64,000 nucleotides of DNA from Eledone cirrhosa (lineage: Eukaryota), in contig OZ024740.1 of assembly GCA_964016885.1 (NCBI GenBank), positions 359,538,001-359,602,000 of the forward strand, in the 5' to 3' direction. The translations under genes were made by a program, and so were the position numbers. The notes below the pieces were generated by a model, which was given only the letters and a program-made list of their open reading frames with translations, searched no databases and was not told where the DNA came from. Shown here piece after piece: positions 51,662 through 64,000 of this stretch. The number at the start of each line of letters is the position of its first letter. The first letter of the stretch is position 1.

Positions 51662-54289
51662 TCGAGTTTGATCAGCATGGTTTGCTGGTGATGGTTAAGA
51701 GGGAGCATGGTTAGGTGCTAAAGGATATGCGAGTCCCGGGTTCAATCGGAGGGTAACCGCAGTATGTGAGTACGTATAGGATTTTTTTTTTTTTTATTCA
51801 AGGGATTTAACTCAATAACTTTGAACAGAAATAATTATTTCAAGGGACATAAGTCTAGATTTACAGCTAACTCATTATTTAATCTGCTAGAGGTAGCAGC
51901 CAATTATGCCCTACAATCTTGAAATAAAAAAACTAGTCAGTTCAAATTAGAAACAATTATCATCATTGAAATCCTTATAATCCTTCTCATCCTTTATTTT
52001 TTTTTTTTTTTTTTTGTTCGTTACAATTCAGATAAGCCGACAAGGTGTAGTTTTACCAACCCTGTTCTGTAGAATAACCTCAGCAAATTGTTTTCGTGGT
52101 GGAAGCAATAATAATGGTTTCTGATTTAGGAACAAGGGCAGCAATTTTGGGGAGGGGAATGTCGATTAAATCTACCCCAGTATGTTACTGGTACTTCATT
52201 TTATTGACCCTGTAAGGATAAAAGGTAAAGCTAACCTTGGCGTGATTTGAACTCAGAATGTAATGGGTCCTAACTATGCCGCGAAGCAGGGTGTCCAACG
52301 TTCTACCGATACTGCCAATCTACCACTCCGGAAGCAGTAATAACAGAAGACAACTTTGATTACAGAAATATTTTCTATCTGCACACACAGACACAGTCAC
52401 AGAGGGGGGGGGGGGGGGGGGCTCACTCGTGAAATCATAAACATACATGCTACTGATAAGGCTGACACAATTTTGGTCGTACCTCAAAAGAATCCGTGTG
52501 ATTGTCTAGATTAGTGATGCCAAAAGTGAGCTCTGTAAAATAAAGTTTCTTTTAAAAAATTAACTCTCTCTTTCTCTCTCTAATCAAATCAAATACATGT
52601 TTCATTTAATGTCTTATTAAAGATGGGGTGGTAAAAATTGTCTACAAAGTATAGTTATGCGTTCCATGATTTGTTTTTCTTTTATTTTTGTTTTGCATTT
52701 TTATTTGTTTTGATTTTTTTGTTTCTTTTTTTAGTTTTTGTAAATCATACAAAGGGTTAGCGACGAAAGTTGAGAATCACTAACCTAGAGAAAGACATGT
52801 ATATTATGTAGGGTGGGGGATTGGCAGTATCAGTAGAGGGTCGGACGCCATGCTTTGGAGCAAAGAGTTACGGCCCTTTATGGTCTGAGTTCAAATCCCG
52901 CCGAAGTTAACTTTGCCTTTCATCCTTACGGGGTCGATAAAATAAAGTACCAGTAATACACTGGGATAATTGCTGGCCTTGTGCCAAAAGTAGAAACAAT
53001 TATGTAGGGCACGTCCTACTCTGTACATGCTATATCAGCATGTGGAGTTGAACCCAATATTGTATGCTAACGATATATAATGTTCAGTTATATTAGTGAT
53101 GTGTGGTGTATATGTATGAGTTTACAGCTAAGTGGACGAGGTAAGTAAAAGTTAATATGTAACAAGAGAGTTCCAACTCAATTGGTATCACACATCCAGT
53201 TCAACAGAAACCACCTCAAAGCTGATCACCACAGCTTGTTTTTCTCTATCCCTTGTTTTCATCGACTCACTGTAGTGGTTGTTAAATTCCAGGGCACATA
53301 ATTGCATACATACACACACACTTTGCATTTGATCCTTTTGAAGTTGATAAGGTACAATCTCAGAGGTGGTGCAGCCTTCTCTCCTTCCAGCTGTCACATT
53401 CTGGATGTTCCACTAGATTAAGAGTAGGACCTCAGAATGTATCTGTATCTGCACACAACTGTATGAGCATCAAAAACTCTTAGTGAAAGCATGGTACATC
53501 CTACCAAGTCATACTTGATTGTGATAGACTGTCGTTGGCAGTATCATTATAGCGTCGGACAAGATGCTTTGCGGCATATAGTTACAGCCCTTTAGGTCCT
53601 GAGTTAAAATCCTGCTGAAGTTAGCTTTGTTTTTCATCCTTATGGAGCCAATAAAATAAAGTACCAGTAACACACTGGTATCGATTTAATCGATATTCCC
53701 CTCCCCCCAAAATTGCTGGCACAGTGCCTAAATGAGAAACCATTAAAATCTTGCACTATATGTAAATGTTTCTACAAGAATAGTTTGTTTACAAAGTCTA
53801 TAAGACTTCACTGTTTTTCATACTTATCTGGATGTATGTGAGTGTTGGTTGGTAGTAACGACTGTGAAATACAGTAATAACCTATTTAACTGGGACTTGT
53901 AACAAGATGGCTGGGAATATTTTACTTTAGCAAAAAAAAAAAACAATAATTAAATTCAACAGTAAAATTGTATTTGTTCTGTTTCAAGTATTTTTTTTTA
54001 TTTTAGTAATTTGTGATAGAAATTCTATGAAAATCAGTTTCTCTGGCTTTGGAAGCATTATTGCATCATGAAGACATGGTTTGTATATGATTTATCAACA
54101 ATATCATCAGTTTTTATGTCTACCATTCCATTTTGGCATGGGTTAGACGAAACCTTCATTCCTATACGTATCAGCGATAATAAGTAATTGTTTTGTTGAA
54201 AGGAAAGTGCTGAGCCTAAGTCTCTAGTGGACATAACACATGCAGGAAAGAAATATTGTAACAGAATCATAAAAAGATAGAGCTACCAA

Positions 54290-54640
54290 CTCCAAAACAT
54301 TTCTTAAATCTATCTCAATCAATTGAGTTACCATCCAGCACAAATCATATGTTGGAGGTGGGAGTTTACTATATCATGTCAAACTGACAGACGATGGACA
54401 ATAACATTTTATACTCACACTAATCATCAAATATAAGTATATATTTGAAATGTTGGAATCCAAATGCAGAAAGTAGCTGCTGGGGTGTTCTCTAGAAACC
54501 AGATGTGTGCAAATGAGTTGGGAAGTTGGGAGGCTAAACATCACTCTGAAGAAGGTCCTTGAAGATGATATTGGGTTGGAGGCAAGGGAACTTCACATGA
54601 CAATGCTGGACAGGGTGAGCTGGAAGAACTTTGTTATGGA
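54290..54640 (+). mobile_element. Decayed 3' fragment of a non-LTR retrotransposon
   Basis: GRLNITLKKVLEDDIGL..EL..MLDRVSWK resembles RTE-like C-termini. Confidence 0.45.
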
Positions 54641-55024
54641 ACCAGTAACAGATATGTCGAGACAAGAGAAATTTCAACTGAAAACAGCAGTAGAAACCTA
54701 AGTATTTTTTGGCATTTAGTTTACTGCCACATCCTTTCTACCAATTCACTACCTGTGTGATTACTACATAATGATTGGTCAGAAATGTTATTATGTTTAC
54801 TCTTAACATCCTGTACCATACGATATTACATTAGCAAGAGATTCTAGGACATACAAAACAGTACTATGACTGTATCATTAAAAGGGAAAGCCTTTGTGTT
54901 ATTCTACTGCAATTTTTCACAAGACTTGTTTTTAGATATTTTCTGTTAAATCATTACAGGATGTTAAGAGTTAAATGTTAATACATTAAACAACAAAAAA
55001 GTACATCAATACAGGAATAATATT

Positions 55025-55030
55025 TTTATT
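55025..55030 (-). terminator. Candidate ISYNA1 polyadenylation signal
   Basis: AATAAA on the minus strand ~370 nt after the stop, followed by a GT/T-rich tract. Confidence 0.45.
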
Positions 55031-55397
55031 TTCTAATTTTGATACAATAATGAATGAAATAATTTTATCTTTACCATACAACTAATGACATTATTAATGA
55101 CATATAGACTTTGGGGAATTGAGGGAAGTATTCATGAGTAACTGTACAATGACTGCTGCATGCAACACAAGTGTAGGAGAAGCTAATTACCAGAGTTGCT
55201 AGTGAACTATAGGAGTTATTAGTATCAGCCACCTACATGTATAGAAGTGAATTATTGATAAACAAAGAAGTTCAGTTTGAAAAGCTAAGAAATCAATAAT
55301 ATACTGTCAATACAAAATAGTTATTTTTAACATTTCCATACTTAATTTGCTGAGACACATAATGAAGAACTCTAATGAAAGTATACATCAGTCTGTT

Positions 55398-55943
55398 TTA
55401 ACAACCATTTATAAAGGAATGGTTTTCCTTTTCTTTGGAAGTAAACTCTTTAAACTGTTCTTCAAAAGATATATTTTGGTGCTTGTATTCCAGCATCATA
55501 TTGTTAAGAGGAGCAAGACCTATACAAGCTCGGAAGATATTTTCAATACAGGCTCTCTGACGGAATAAAGAATTAACAAGCGGTGTATTCTTGGGTACTA
55601 ATGGGGCTTTGCACAAATAGCTCAGAATAGAAAGAACTGAATTGAAACTTTGAAAGTTTGGTTCATCAGCAACCCGGAACTTAATACGCTCACAAAGTTC
55701 TGAAATAATAATCAGATCAAGGATAAGTGGGGTAGCCAATAGAGAATCCTCACAGGTGTTGTGTATGACCAAAGTATTGAGACCACCCATCATAATTTCA
55801 GAGGTGTACTCATCCATTGCTCGTTTACTGTCTCCCACATAAGGTACATATTTGATCACAACTGTATGATCTGGATTTTCATTATTCTTGTATAGCAGTG
55901 AATTAGATTTCACAATATCATCAACTACATTACTTTTAGATAC
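55398..55943 (-). CDS. ISYNA1: Inositol-3-phosphate synthase, last coding exon
   Basis: TTGCAG acceptor; [79 protein letters not shown]; TAA stop. Confidence 0.97.
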   Translation of the reverse strand, partial: VSKSNVVDDIVKSNSLLYKNNENPDHTVVIKYVPYVGDSKRAMDEYTSEIMMGGLNTLVIHNTCEDSLLATPLILDLIIISELCERIKFRVADEPNFQSFNSVLSILSYLCKAPLVPKNTPLVNSLFRQRACIENIFRACIGLAPLNNMMLEYKHQNISFEEQFKEFTSKEKENHSFINGC

Positions 55944-56664
55944 CTGCAACAGAAAATAAATGTTTTATATGAAAATAACAGACAAGGTGTACACAAATAT
56001 TTACGAATTTGGAAAATCGGAAAGTCAAAGCTTTGATTACCAACTATAAATATAAAACAACTTATGGTTGTTCAGCTTACTAAAAATACAAGCCAAATCT
56101 CCCACTACCATCTTCAAAAGAAAAGGGAGAACAGATAATGCTGTCATGGCTACACTAATATCTTAAGAAATAGAGCTGGCTTGAAACTGAACAACAAATT
56201 AGCAATAACAGGTATTTTTAAAATCTACAACTTTGTTGGAGTTACTTTTCATTTCAAAAGACAGCTTTTGTTAGAATCAAACAAATAAATATCTCTTTAA
56301 AATCACTACAATCAGTAACAGATGTTTTAAATTTAAGGATTGATTTGGAATTAAATTTCAAAATTAGGCTGAAGTTTAAAGATGTTGGGAATTATAGTTG
56401 TTAAAAAAAATGAATCTGTTATTACTAATGGAAAACCCATCATTTTAGAAACATAGTAGGATTTTCTCTTTTAGCAACTGTCAACCATATTGAGAAGATC
56501 TAACCATTCTATCTTTTCTGTAAAACAATAGTATGTGATTAAAGAGAAATTTAGCTTCTATTGTTAGCAGTGAGAAACTGTGCAAAAGTAAAGTTTGTTT
56601 TATCTCTTAAAAATTACTTTTAATAATTTCACTTGGAAGCAAAGAAAAATATATCATAGTTTAC

Positions 56665-56907
56665 CTCTTTTGAACGGAATGTTTTCTCAACAGAAAGATT
56701 TTTGCCGTCATTGTTGCCAAGATGGTTGTAGCTAACAAGAGACACAGGTTTGATACCTGCACTAACAAGAAAATCTACCAATACAGATTTTAATTTTGTC
56801 TGACCAGATTTGAAGTCGTCACCAGCAATAAATACTTTCTTTTTCGCAGCAAGATCAACAACACCAGGAACAAATGTGTTCTGTGGGGATCCATTAATAT
56901 AAGTGCA
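56665..56907 (-). CDS. ISYNA1: Inositol-3-phosphate synthase, penultimate exon (243 nt, phase 0/0)
   Basis: TAG|..|GTAAAC; [54 protein letters not shown]. Missed by the ORF track. Confidence 0.97.
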
Positions 56908-58025
56908 CTAAAAGAGAAAAGAAGAAAACAAGTTATCGTCATTGTTGCATGCTTCAATATACCAGCAAATCATCCTTTATTCTAGACACATCAACTGTTA
57001 CTGACAACCTTTCCCACCAGTTTTCTAGCCTTTCCAAAGACTTTCAATGTGCAACTTTACTTTTTGAAGAAAGAAAAGGAAGAAAAATATACATAAGGTG
57101 CATACATATTATTATTATTATTAGTGGTGGTTAACTTTGCCTTTCATCCCTACGGGGTCGATAAAATAAAGTACCAGTAATGTACTGGGTTATTGCTGGC
57201 CTTGTGCCAAAAGTAGAAACAATTATTATTAGTGGTGGTGGTGGTAGTAGTAGTAGTGATAGTAGTAGTGGTAGTGGTAGTAGTAGTAGTAGTAGTGGTA
57301 GTGGTGGTGGTGGTGGTAGTAGTAGTAGCAGTATCATTCAATCTCTTAGGAAAGTGAAGCTTCGACAAAGTTAGTCTTCCAGTGATCTGTCACTTATTGC
57401 ATTCTCTAGTTCTTTAATCGGAAGTTTTGTTCCTTCCATTAGCAGCCTTCAAAGTTAAGTATTGAAGCTGGCTCATCATGTTAACACACATGTCCAGTTG
57501 GTGCCAGGTGGCAGTTTCTAATGATTAAAGAGGTTGATACACCTTTCCTGGACACACTCCACACCGTCTCCCACAGTTCTATCATAACAAAAAGCAGCCA
57601 GTTCACCGTTAGATGGTCATCTTGGTGCCACAATGAAAAGCACCTAGTCCACTCTGTCAAGTACTATGCCACAAAAAAAGCTCCCAGTACATGCTGGCAC
57701 TAGAAAGGGCATCTAACCATAGAGAATCAAGCCAAAAACAGATCTATATAAGCAAGATGTGGTCACTTGACCTGGCTCATAACTAAACCATGCAAGCATA
57801 GAAAATCAACATTAAATGGTGATGCTAATCTGCTATCCCAATTGCTTACAAAGCTCAACAGTTATAATCTTACTTTACTTAGAGCAGCAGCAGTCAACAG
57901 AGTAGCAATCAACCTTAGTAAAGTAAGATATAGGATATAGTCATGGAGTTTGCCGCCAATTAGTTGAAGAGATATTTAAAAATATTGAAATAAGCAAATG
58001 AAATATATATATATATGTGTGTGTG

Positions 58026-58061
<36 letters not shown>

Positions 58062-58062
58062 A

Positions 58063-58115
<53 letters not shown>

Positions 58116-58116
<1 letters not shown>

Positions 58117-59034
58117 GAGGTGTGTCAGAAATGTTCCAGGACTGATGTCACAAAAGATTTATTTCAAACCCAAACTTCACACTAAGAGTTTTCTCCTTCA
58201 AAGTAATCTCCCCGGAGTCTAATGCACTTTTCCATCCTTTTCTGCCACGCTTGCATGCACTCCTGGAAGGATTCTTCCGGGATCCTCCGCAGTTCCGTCA
58301 TCACGGCCTTTTTGATGTCATCCAAGTCTTCAAAACGGGTCCCCTCCGGGTCGTACTCGAAGATCCATGACTCATCACCGGTGATGACTGTCCCTAGCAA
58401 GTCTGGTTCGGTTTCAAGACGCTCGAGGATGTCCTGGCACACTTGCATGCGTCGACCCTTCTGGTCATCGTTCAGCAGTTTTGGCACCATCTTCGTGCAG
58501 ACTTTCCGCATGTCCAAATCTTCAGTGAGAATCTTCCAGACGCTGTCCCAATTCATGCCCAGCTCATTTGCCATCAGTCGAACAGTCAGCCGACGATTGC
58601 TACGCACCATCTGCCCGACGCGCTCAACGTTGACCTCAGTCCTGGTTGTTGAGGGCCTTCCGCTCCTGGGGGTCATCTTCCACGTCCTCGCGTCCTTTTT
58701 TAAACCTCTTGCACCACTCAAAAACACGTGAGCATGACATCGTCTCATCTCCATACACTTGCTGCAGCAATCCCAGTGCTTCTGACAGAGTTTTCCCCAA
58801 CCGTACCAGAAACTTCAAGTTTCTTTGTTGCTCTGTGCTCATTGCTTGACGACCTGAAACAGAGGACATGTATATAAAATTATGAAGAAAAAAAGTTTGA
58901 TCTCTGCAGAGAGCTAAGATTACAGTTACATACTCCAGGGGGATTACTTTGAAGGAGAAAACTCTTAGTGTGAAGTTTGGGTTTGAAATAAATCTTTTGT
59001 GACATCAGTCCTGGAACTTTTCTGATACACCTCG
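58116..59034 (-). mobile_element. Mariner element, deleted and frameshifted, in an ISYNA1 intron
   Basis: TA flanks, ~103-bp inverted termini. EQQRNLKFLVRLGK, RSGRPST, KMVPKLL, ITGDESWIFEYDPE, GDYFEG. Central catalytic region missing. Confidence 0.93.
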
Positions 59035-59050
59035 TATGTCTGTGTGTGTG

Positions 59051-59125
<75 letters not shown>

Positions 59126-59174
59126 GTGTGTGTGTATGTATATCTACATATATATATATATATAATATATATAT

Positions 59175-59460
59175 ATGTGGATGTCCAAGACAAAGATACT
59201 TCATGATTTCATAAGGGAGGCCCAATATGCCGATGACATCGCTGTTTTCTGCAATGATCCCACTGCTCTACAGCAGCTGTTATCTACATATAACACAGTT
59301 TCATTGAAAATGGGCCTTCGTATGAATATTAAGAAGACTGAAACAATGAGTGTCAGAAAGCAAGTTGATTTTTTCACTGATGGGCAAAAACTTGCCGGAG
59401 TGGAATGCTTCAAATATCTTGGCAGCTATGCCACCAAATACTGTAACCTAGATTAAGAAC
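59175..59460 (+). mobile_element. RTE-type RT fragment
   Basis: REAQYADDIA..GLRMNIKKTE..VECFKYLGS. Confidence 0.8.
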
Positions 59461-59970
59461 ATAGTGCACATGTACCATCATCATCATTTTACATTCGCTT
59501 TTCCCTGCTTGCAAGGGTGGGACAGGAACTGATTCTGGCTTGATTTCTACAGCTGGATGCCCTTCCTAACACCAACCTCAATATGTATATATGTATATAT
59601 ATGACTAACTTGTGAATAGTTGTTTGCCTGTATCGGAACTCAAGTAGGTGATATAATGTGGATGGTGTTAGGAAAGGCATCCAGCTTTAAAAACCCCAGC
59701 TAAAATATAGTTCCATTTGAGTGAGGTATAATGTGACCAACTGGCCAGACTTGTCATAATGTGGATGATCCGTCTAACCCATGCAAGCATGGAAAAATAG
59801 TGATGATGATGATGATATATACACAAATGCATGTGTGTGTCAAGGAAAAGAATTTTGTTCCGAACAGACTTTTAGATGTAATTAAGAATAACTGAAAATT
59901 TTCATTGAAATATAAAATTTTCTTTCACATCATGAATTTTAACAAGAGTATAACAAAAATTAAAACTTAC

Positions 59971-60374
59971 CCCTTCCAAGATACTGGCAACAGCAAACAA
60001 TGTAGATGGTGATACTTCACTTTCATCGTTACGAATACTTTTTAGTAGTGTGTCTGCATTATCATTTAGTCCACGACTGACATCACAAAATCTTTCAGTA
60101 TTAGCTGTCCAAAGAATAATGACTTTATCTACAGCATTATTTTCTTTAAAAGAACGAATATCCTTTCGTAGTTGCTCCAACATTTCCTGTCTTGTGCCAG
60201 GCAATACATTATTGGCTCGAGCTTCTTGGTTAGCAGCTATAAAATCAGGTAAGTAAACTGAAGGTCTTGGATGAATTCTTTCTAGATATGGTCTCACTTG
60301 TACCTGTAAATTGTAATCTAGAACCTGAGCTCTCTCCATTGCTTCAGCTAAGTTGGCAGATGAGATATCCCAGC
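59971..60374 (-). CDS. ISYNA1: Inositol-3-phosphate synthase exon (404 nt); upstream exons not found in the window
   Basis: AAG|GC TGG GAT ATC (GWDIS)..AMERAQVLD..DFIAANQ..LWTANTERF..EVSPSTLFAVASILEG|GTAAGT; splices in frame to 56907. Confidence 0.96.
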
Positions 60375-63300
60375 CTTGATAAAATAAAGAAACAATATTT
60401 TACTATTTTTTAAACAGTATTTTAATATTGAGTGTCTACAAATTTCTTTTATTTGAATCAATACAAATGTTTAGAAGAACTATCAATATGTTGCTAATGG
60501 AACCAACAATATGATAGTTCTGGTTATTTTCTAATAATGTTTCCCTACTAAAGCAACATCTCCAGGATAAAAAAAACAATATATTAGTAAATTATCATAA
60601 TGTTAAACAAAATATTCACTAATACATGAACATAAATTTTGGTGAGAAAGAGCCCCATTATATTTAATAAACACCCACAAAACAACCTATTTACCTCCTA
60701 TGTGCTGGCCCTTTCTTCCACACAATCTATTCATTTATACAAAGCAAACATGAAAAAAATTGTGAAGACAACAGTCATATTCTGAATACACTTCTATATT
60801 TTTCCCCTGCATTTCATAAAGAAATTTTGTCAAATTTCGATATATGTAGCAGATTTTTTAAGTTTCCTATTGACGAATGTACATATATATTCAGTAAAAA
60901 TGATGAGAATATGAGAAACAAAGGCAGGGAAGAAAGTACTCACATCATTACCATTTCCTAAAAACAGTTTCATTCTGCCCAAGGTTGCAATGCAAATCAA
61001 GGTGAACAGTTTAATGATAGATTAAACTGCTTGGTATTCCATCCACAGCGACAAGTGAATCCACATGAAAGATGTGTTAACAGGTGTAAGCAGGTTCATT
61101 TATTGATGAAACAAAGCTAATGAGCCAACCCTACCAATCCCCATGCAGTTGCATGCTTATACATGCAAAAATATTCTATCTAACGATTTAAGGTGCCAAA
61201 AGTGAATTCAACTCCCTGCAATATGATTTCTTAATTATTTTAAAGAATATTTTTAAACCAAATGATTGCTTATAATCAATTTCAAAATTGCTTCAAAACT
61301 TTTCTATTTAACCACAAATTCATTTTGAAATGTTACCAAGCGACGTCTTCTATTAGCTAACTCCATGAATATCTCATGGACCCAGAAGAGTTAAAATTCA
61401 TTTATTTGTTGTTTTCAAAAATTGATTTGCTTGTAAAAGGAAGATTTTTTTTCTCTTGTTGTTTAGTTTAGTCCATAGCCATTCCCATTATGCTGCCCAG
61501 TGAAAGGGTGTATGAAAATAGAAAATGAAACAAGCTAAAAAGCATCCCTAAATCATTGCACAACATCCTCATATCATCATAACCCTCAAATCACCAATTC
61601 AGCACATCAGTTTAGCAATTTTACAAATAATTGCCAAAATTAAGTTCTTACCAATTATATATATATGTGTGTGTTCAAATACTTCTACACTCTTTTAATT
61701 AAAAAAATATTCTAATTTTTTTTTTTTGTACATAGCATTTCAAATTTATCATTAAGTACTAGGTGCCTCACCTTGAATTTGTACACCTAGAGAATCACAA
61801 TTTTAAATTCTATAATCTTAAAATGGAATGAAAAAAAAAAGCTATGATGGGAGAAGCATGAAGTATTTAGGCATGTTGTGAGGTAATGGTATATCAGGAT
61901 TATACTAAAATATTACATCAAAAATGGGAATTTCTAAGCATGCATAAGTAATGAAAATATAACCAAGTTTTCTAGAGGAAAGCAAGCCACTGTTAAGTAA
62001 AGGCATATAGTAAATTTGGTTCAAGATATGTTTACGACTGAGTTTAATCACTATATATGCTCCCAAAAGTAAGAGTTGTTCCCTTCCTTTTAACTGGCAG
62101 TTTTGAATGAATTAACATGTACATTGCCAGAGCAAGTACTTTACAGTTGCATTATCTTTTTACTGCTACCTAAAAATACAGGAAAAAAGGTGAAAACTGT
62201 GGTCCCCCTCAAGCAAAGCGCAATGTGATTTGCTTATGGGCACTGAAGTCACTTTAGCATGTTTTGAACAATTTATTTATTAGCTAAGTTTCTGAATTTA
62301 AAAAGCAATCATCTAAAACAATCCAACACACCAATTTGGCAGTTTTACAAGTAATGCCCAAAATTAAAATATTTTTTAACAAAATAAATTGCAGATATTT
62401 TTGCCCCTATTTCTACAATGATCTAGAATGCAAGTATTAAATTTTCTGTCTTACTGAAATAAATATCATATATAACAAGACAAATATTAAATTATGGAAA
62501 TTGAATTGATACCCACCAATGATTATCATATTTGATATCACAGCAGTTTCTGTAGTTTTGTGCTAGCTTGGCCAGAATTGAATTAAATTATCAGTGAATG
62601 AGTAAAATATGAAAAATAACGAGTTTTAGAAAACAATGTACATTGTTACCTATTTACCTAGACTTCACTTGGATAATTCTAAATTTTTCATAGCATTTCA
62701 TATAGATTTCTAATCTCTTACATACTTAGCATGTCTATATGCAATTATTCATTAATTGTTGCACCTATTAGCAATAGCTAATGATTTGGATCTAATAAAA
62801 TCTTACGCAAACTATTTTAACATGCCTCATACATAAAACCAACATGGCAGTTACCCATAAGTATCTATATTTTCCATAAGACTATACAACATATGGAACT
62901 CTTAAATACTTTCAAATTAGAAATTATTTTTTCAATTCATATTCAAAATCTATCTTATAATTATATCACCAAATTCACGCAAATAAATAATTAGCAATTG
63001 TACGTTATATAACTTCAGTATTGCAGCAACTCCAAGATCAGTTTTTAGCACGTTACCACCAACACTATATCACTCTTAGCTTTATAGCATATGACAAATA
63101 TTTTTAAGTTAACCATTGGGGATAAAAATGAACAACAGGGATAGAAAGAGAGATGAATATTGGAGTAAGGTTAGCCATTTTTGTATTGAATGCAGCATGG
63201 GATAATGTACAAAACGAGGGAGGTAATTTAAAGGCATCAACAATTCTTTTAAGTAGTACCCAAGTTAGAAATAGTTATATTGAAATACACTTGGCTACAG

Positions 63301-64000
63301 ACAGCATTCCATAACCAAAATAAAAACCAACTTTCAATTTAATATTCAAAATTGAAATGTTAAAACAACCTCTAATTATTTATAACACAAAATTGCATAT
63401 TTTCGAACAAATGCATTTCTACAGATATAGACATAGGTTAAGGCAAACAAAAATGTAAGGCTGAAAATTGTGTTAATGAAAATTTTTTAAAGTCAGTTTT
63501 AAAGAACTGACATTAAGATATTAACCAATTACATCTTATGTATATTTTATATGATGATGTTCAACAGTATTAGTAAATTTCCAAATCATGAGCTTAACAT
63601 CTCAGTGTATAACTTTTACAACACTTGATATCAAACTGTTTAATTCTAAAATACACATTTTCATATAAGAATCTTTAAGTTATCTAACAAACACCTGCTT
63701 AATAAAGAGAAAGATAATTATCTTAATTAAACCCCCAAATTTCGTGATTATTTTCAAAATTAATTGAAAATCAATTGCTATGTTTGTCACTTGGCTAAGC
63801 AAGTTAAATGCACATTTTGGTAAAATATATGGTATCCATTCATAATTTTAAAACTTATCAGTTCATAATTTTACATTCAGCTGAGTTTAATTCCTTTGTA
63901 TTCAATCACTTCTCATTTCTTAAATTCACTTTTATGATCTAGCATATTTTGCAGTTGATTGCTTCAATGATTAGCTGTAGCATGCTGAAATATTTTGACA

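Noticed and set aside
60375-64000. Upstream ISYNA1 exons
   Set aside because: No N-terminal MIPS motifs found on the minus strand; treated as intron.

Overview
AT-rich, repeat-dominated eukaryotic DNA. The SINE/LINE repertoire and dense (TA)n/(TACA)n tracts suggest an octopodid cephalopod (inference). The only host gene I can support is the 3' part of inositol-3-phosphate synthase (ISYNA1/INO1): three minus-strand exons between 60374 and 55398. The rest is mobile DNA: Penelope-like elements (PLEs), RTE, L1/Tx1 and R4/Dong LINE fragments, many tRNA-SINEs, hAT and mariner transposons, a Helitron-like element, and a young non-autonomous tRNA-Trp-primed LTR element. The most notable layer is about 20 hammerhead-ribozyme (HHR) motifs from about 12 sequence-unrelated families. 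They sit in short elements inserted into (TA)n and arranged as 5'-inverted and/or partial-tandem copies, including ORF-less monomers of 312, 522, ~670 and 979 nt. Several HHRs carry a large, branched stem II. Many of these families share a covarying bulged hairpin (CTC-stem-loop-stem-TN-GAG), and in all 8 scorable cases the inverted arm ends 4-10 nt upstream of it. The LTR element also preserves a 32-nt tRNA-Trp copy mutated exactly at m1A58. All alignments and folds were done by eye, so element edges are approximate.
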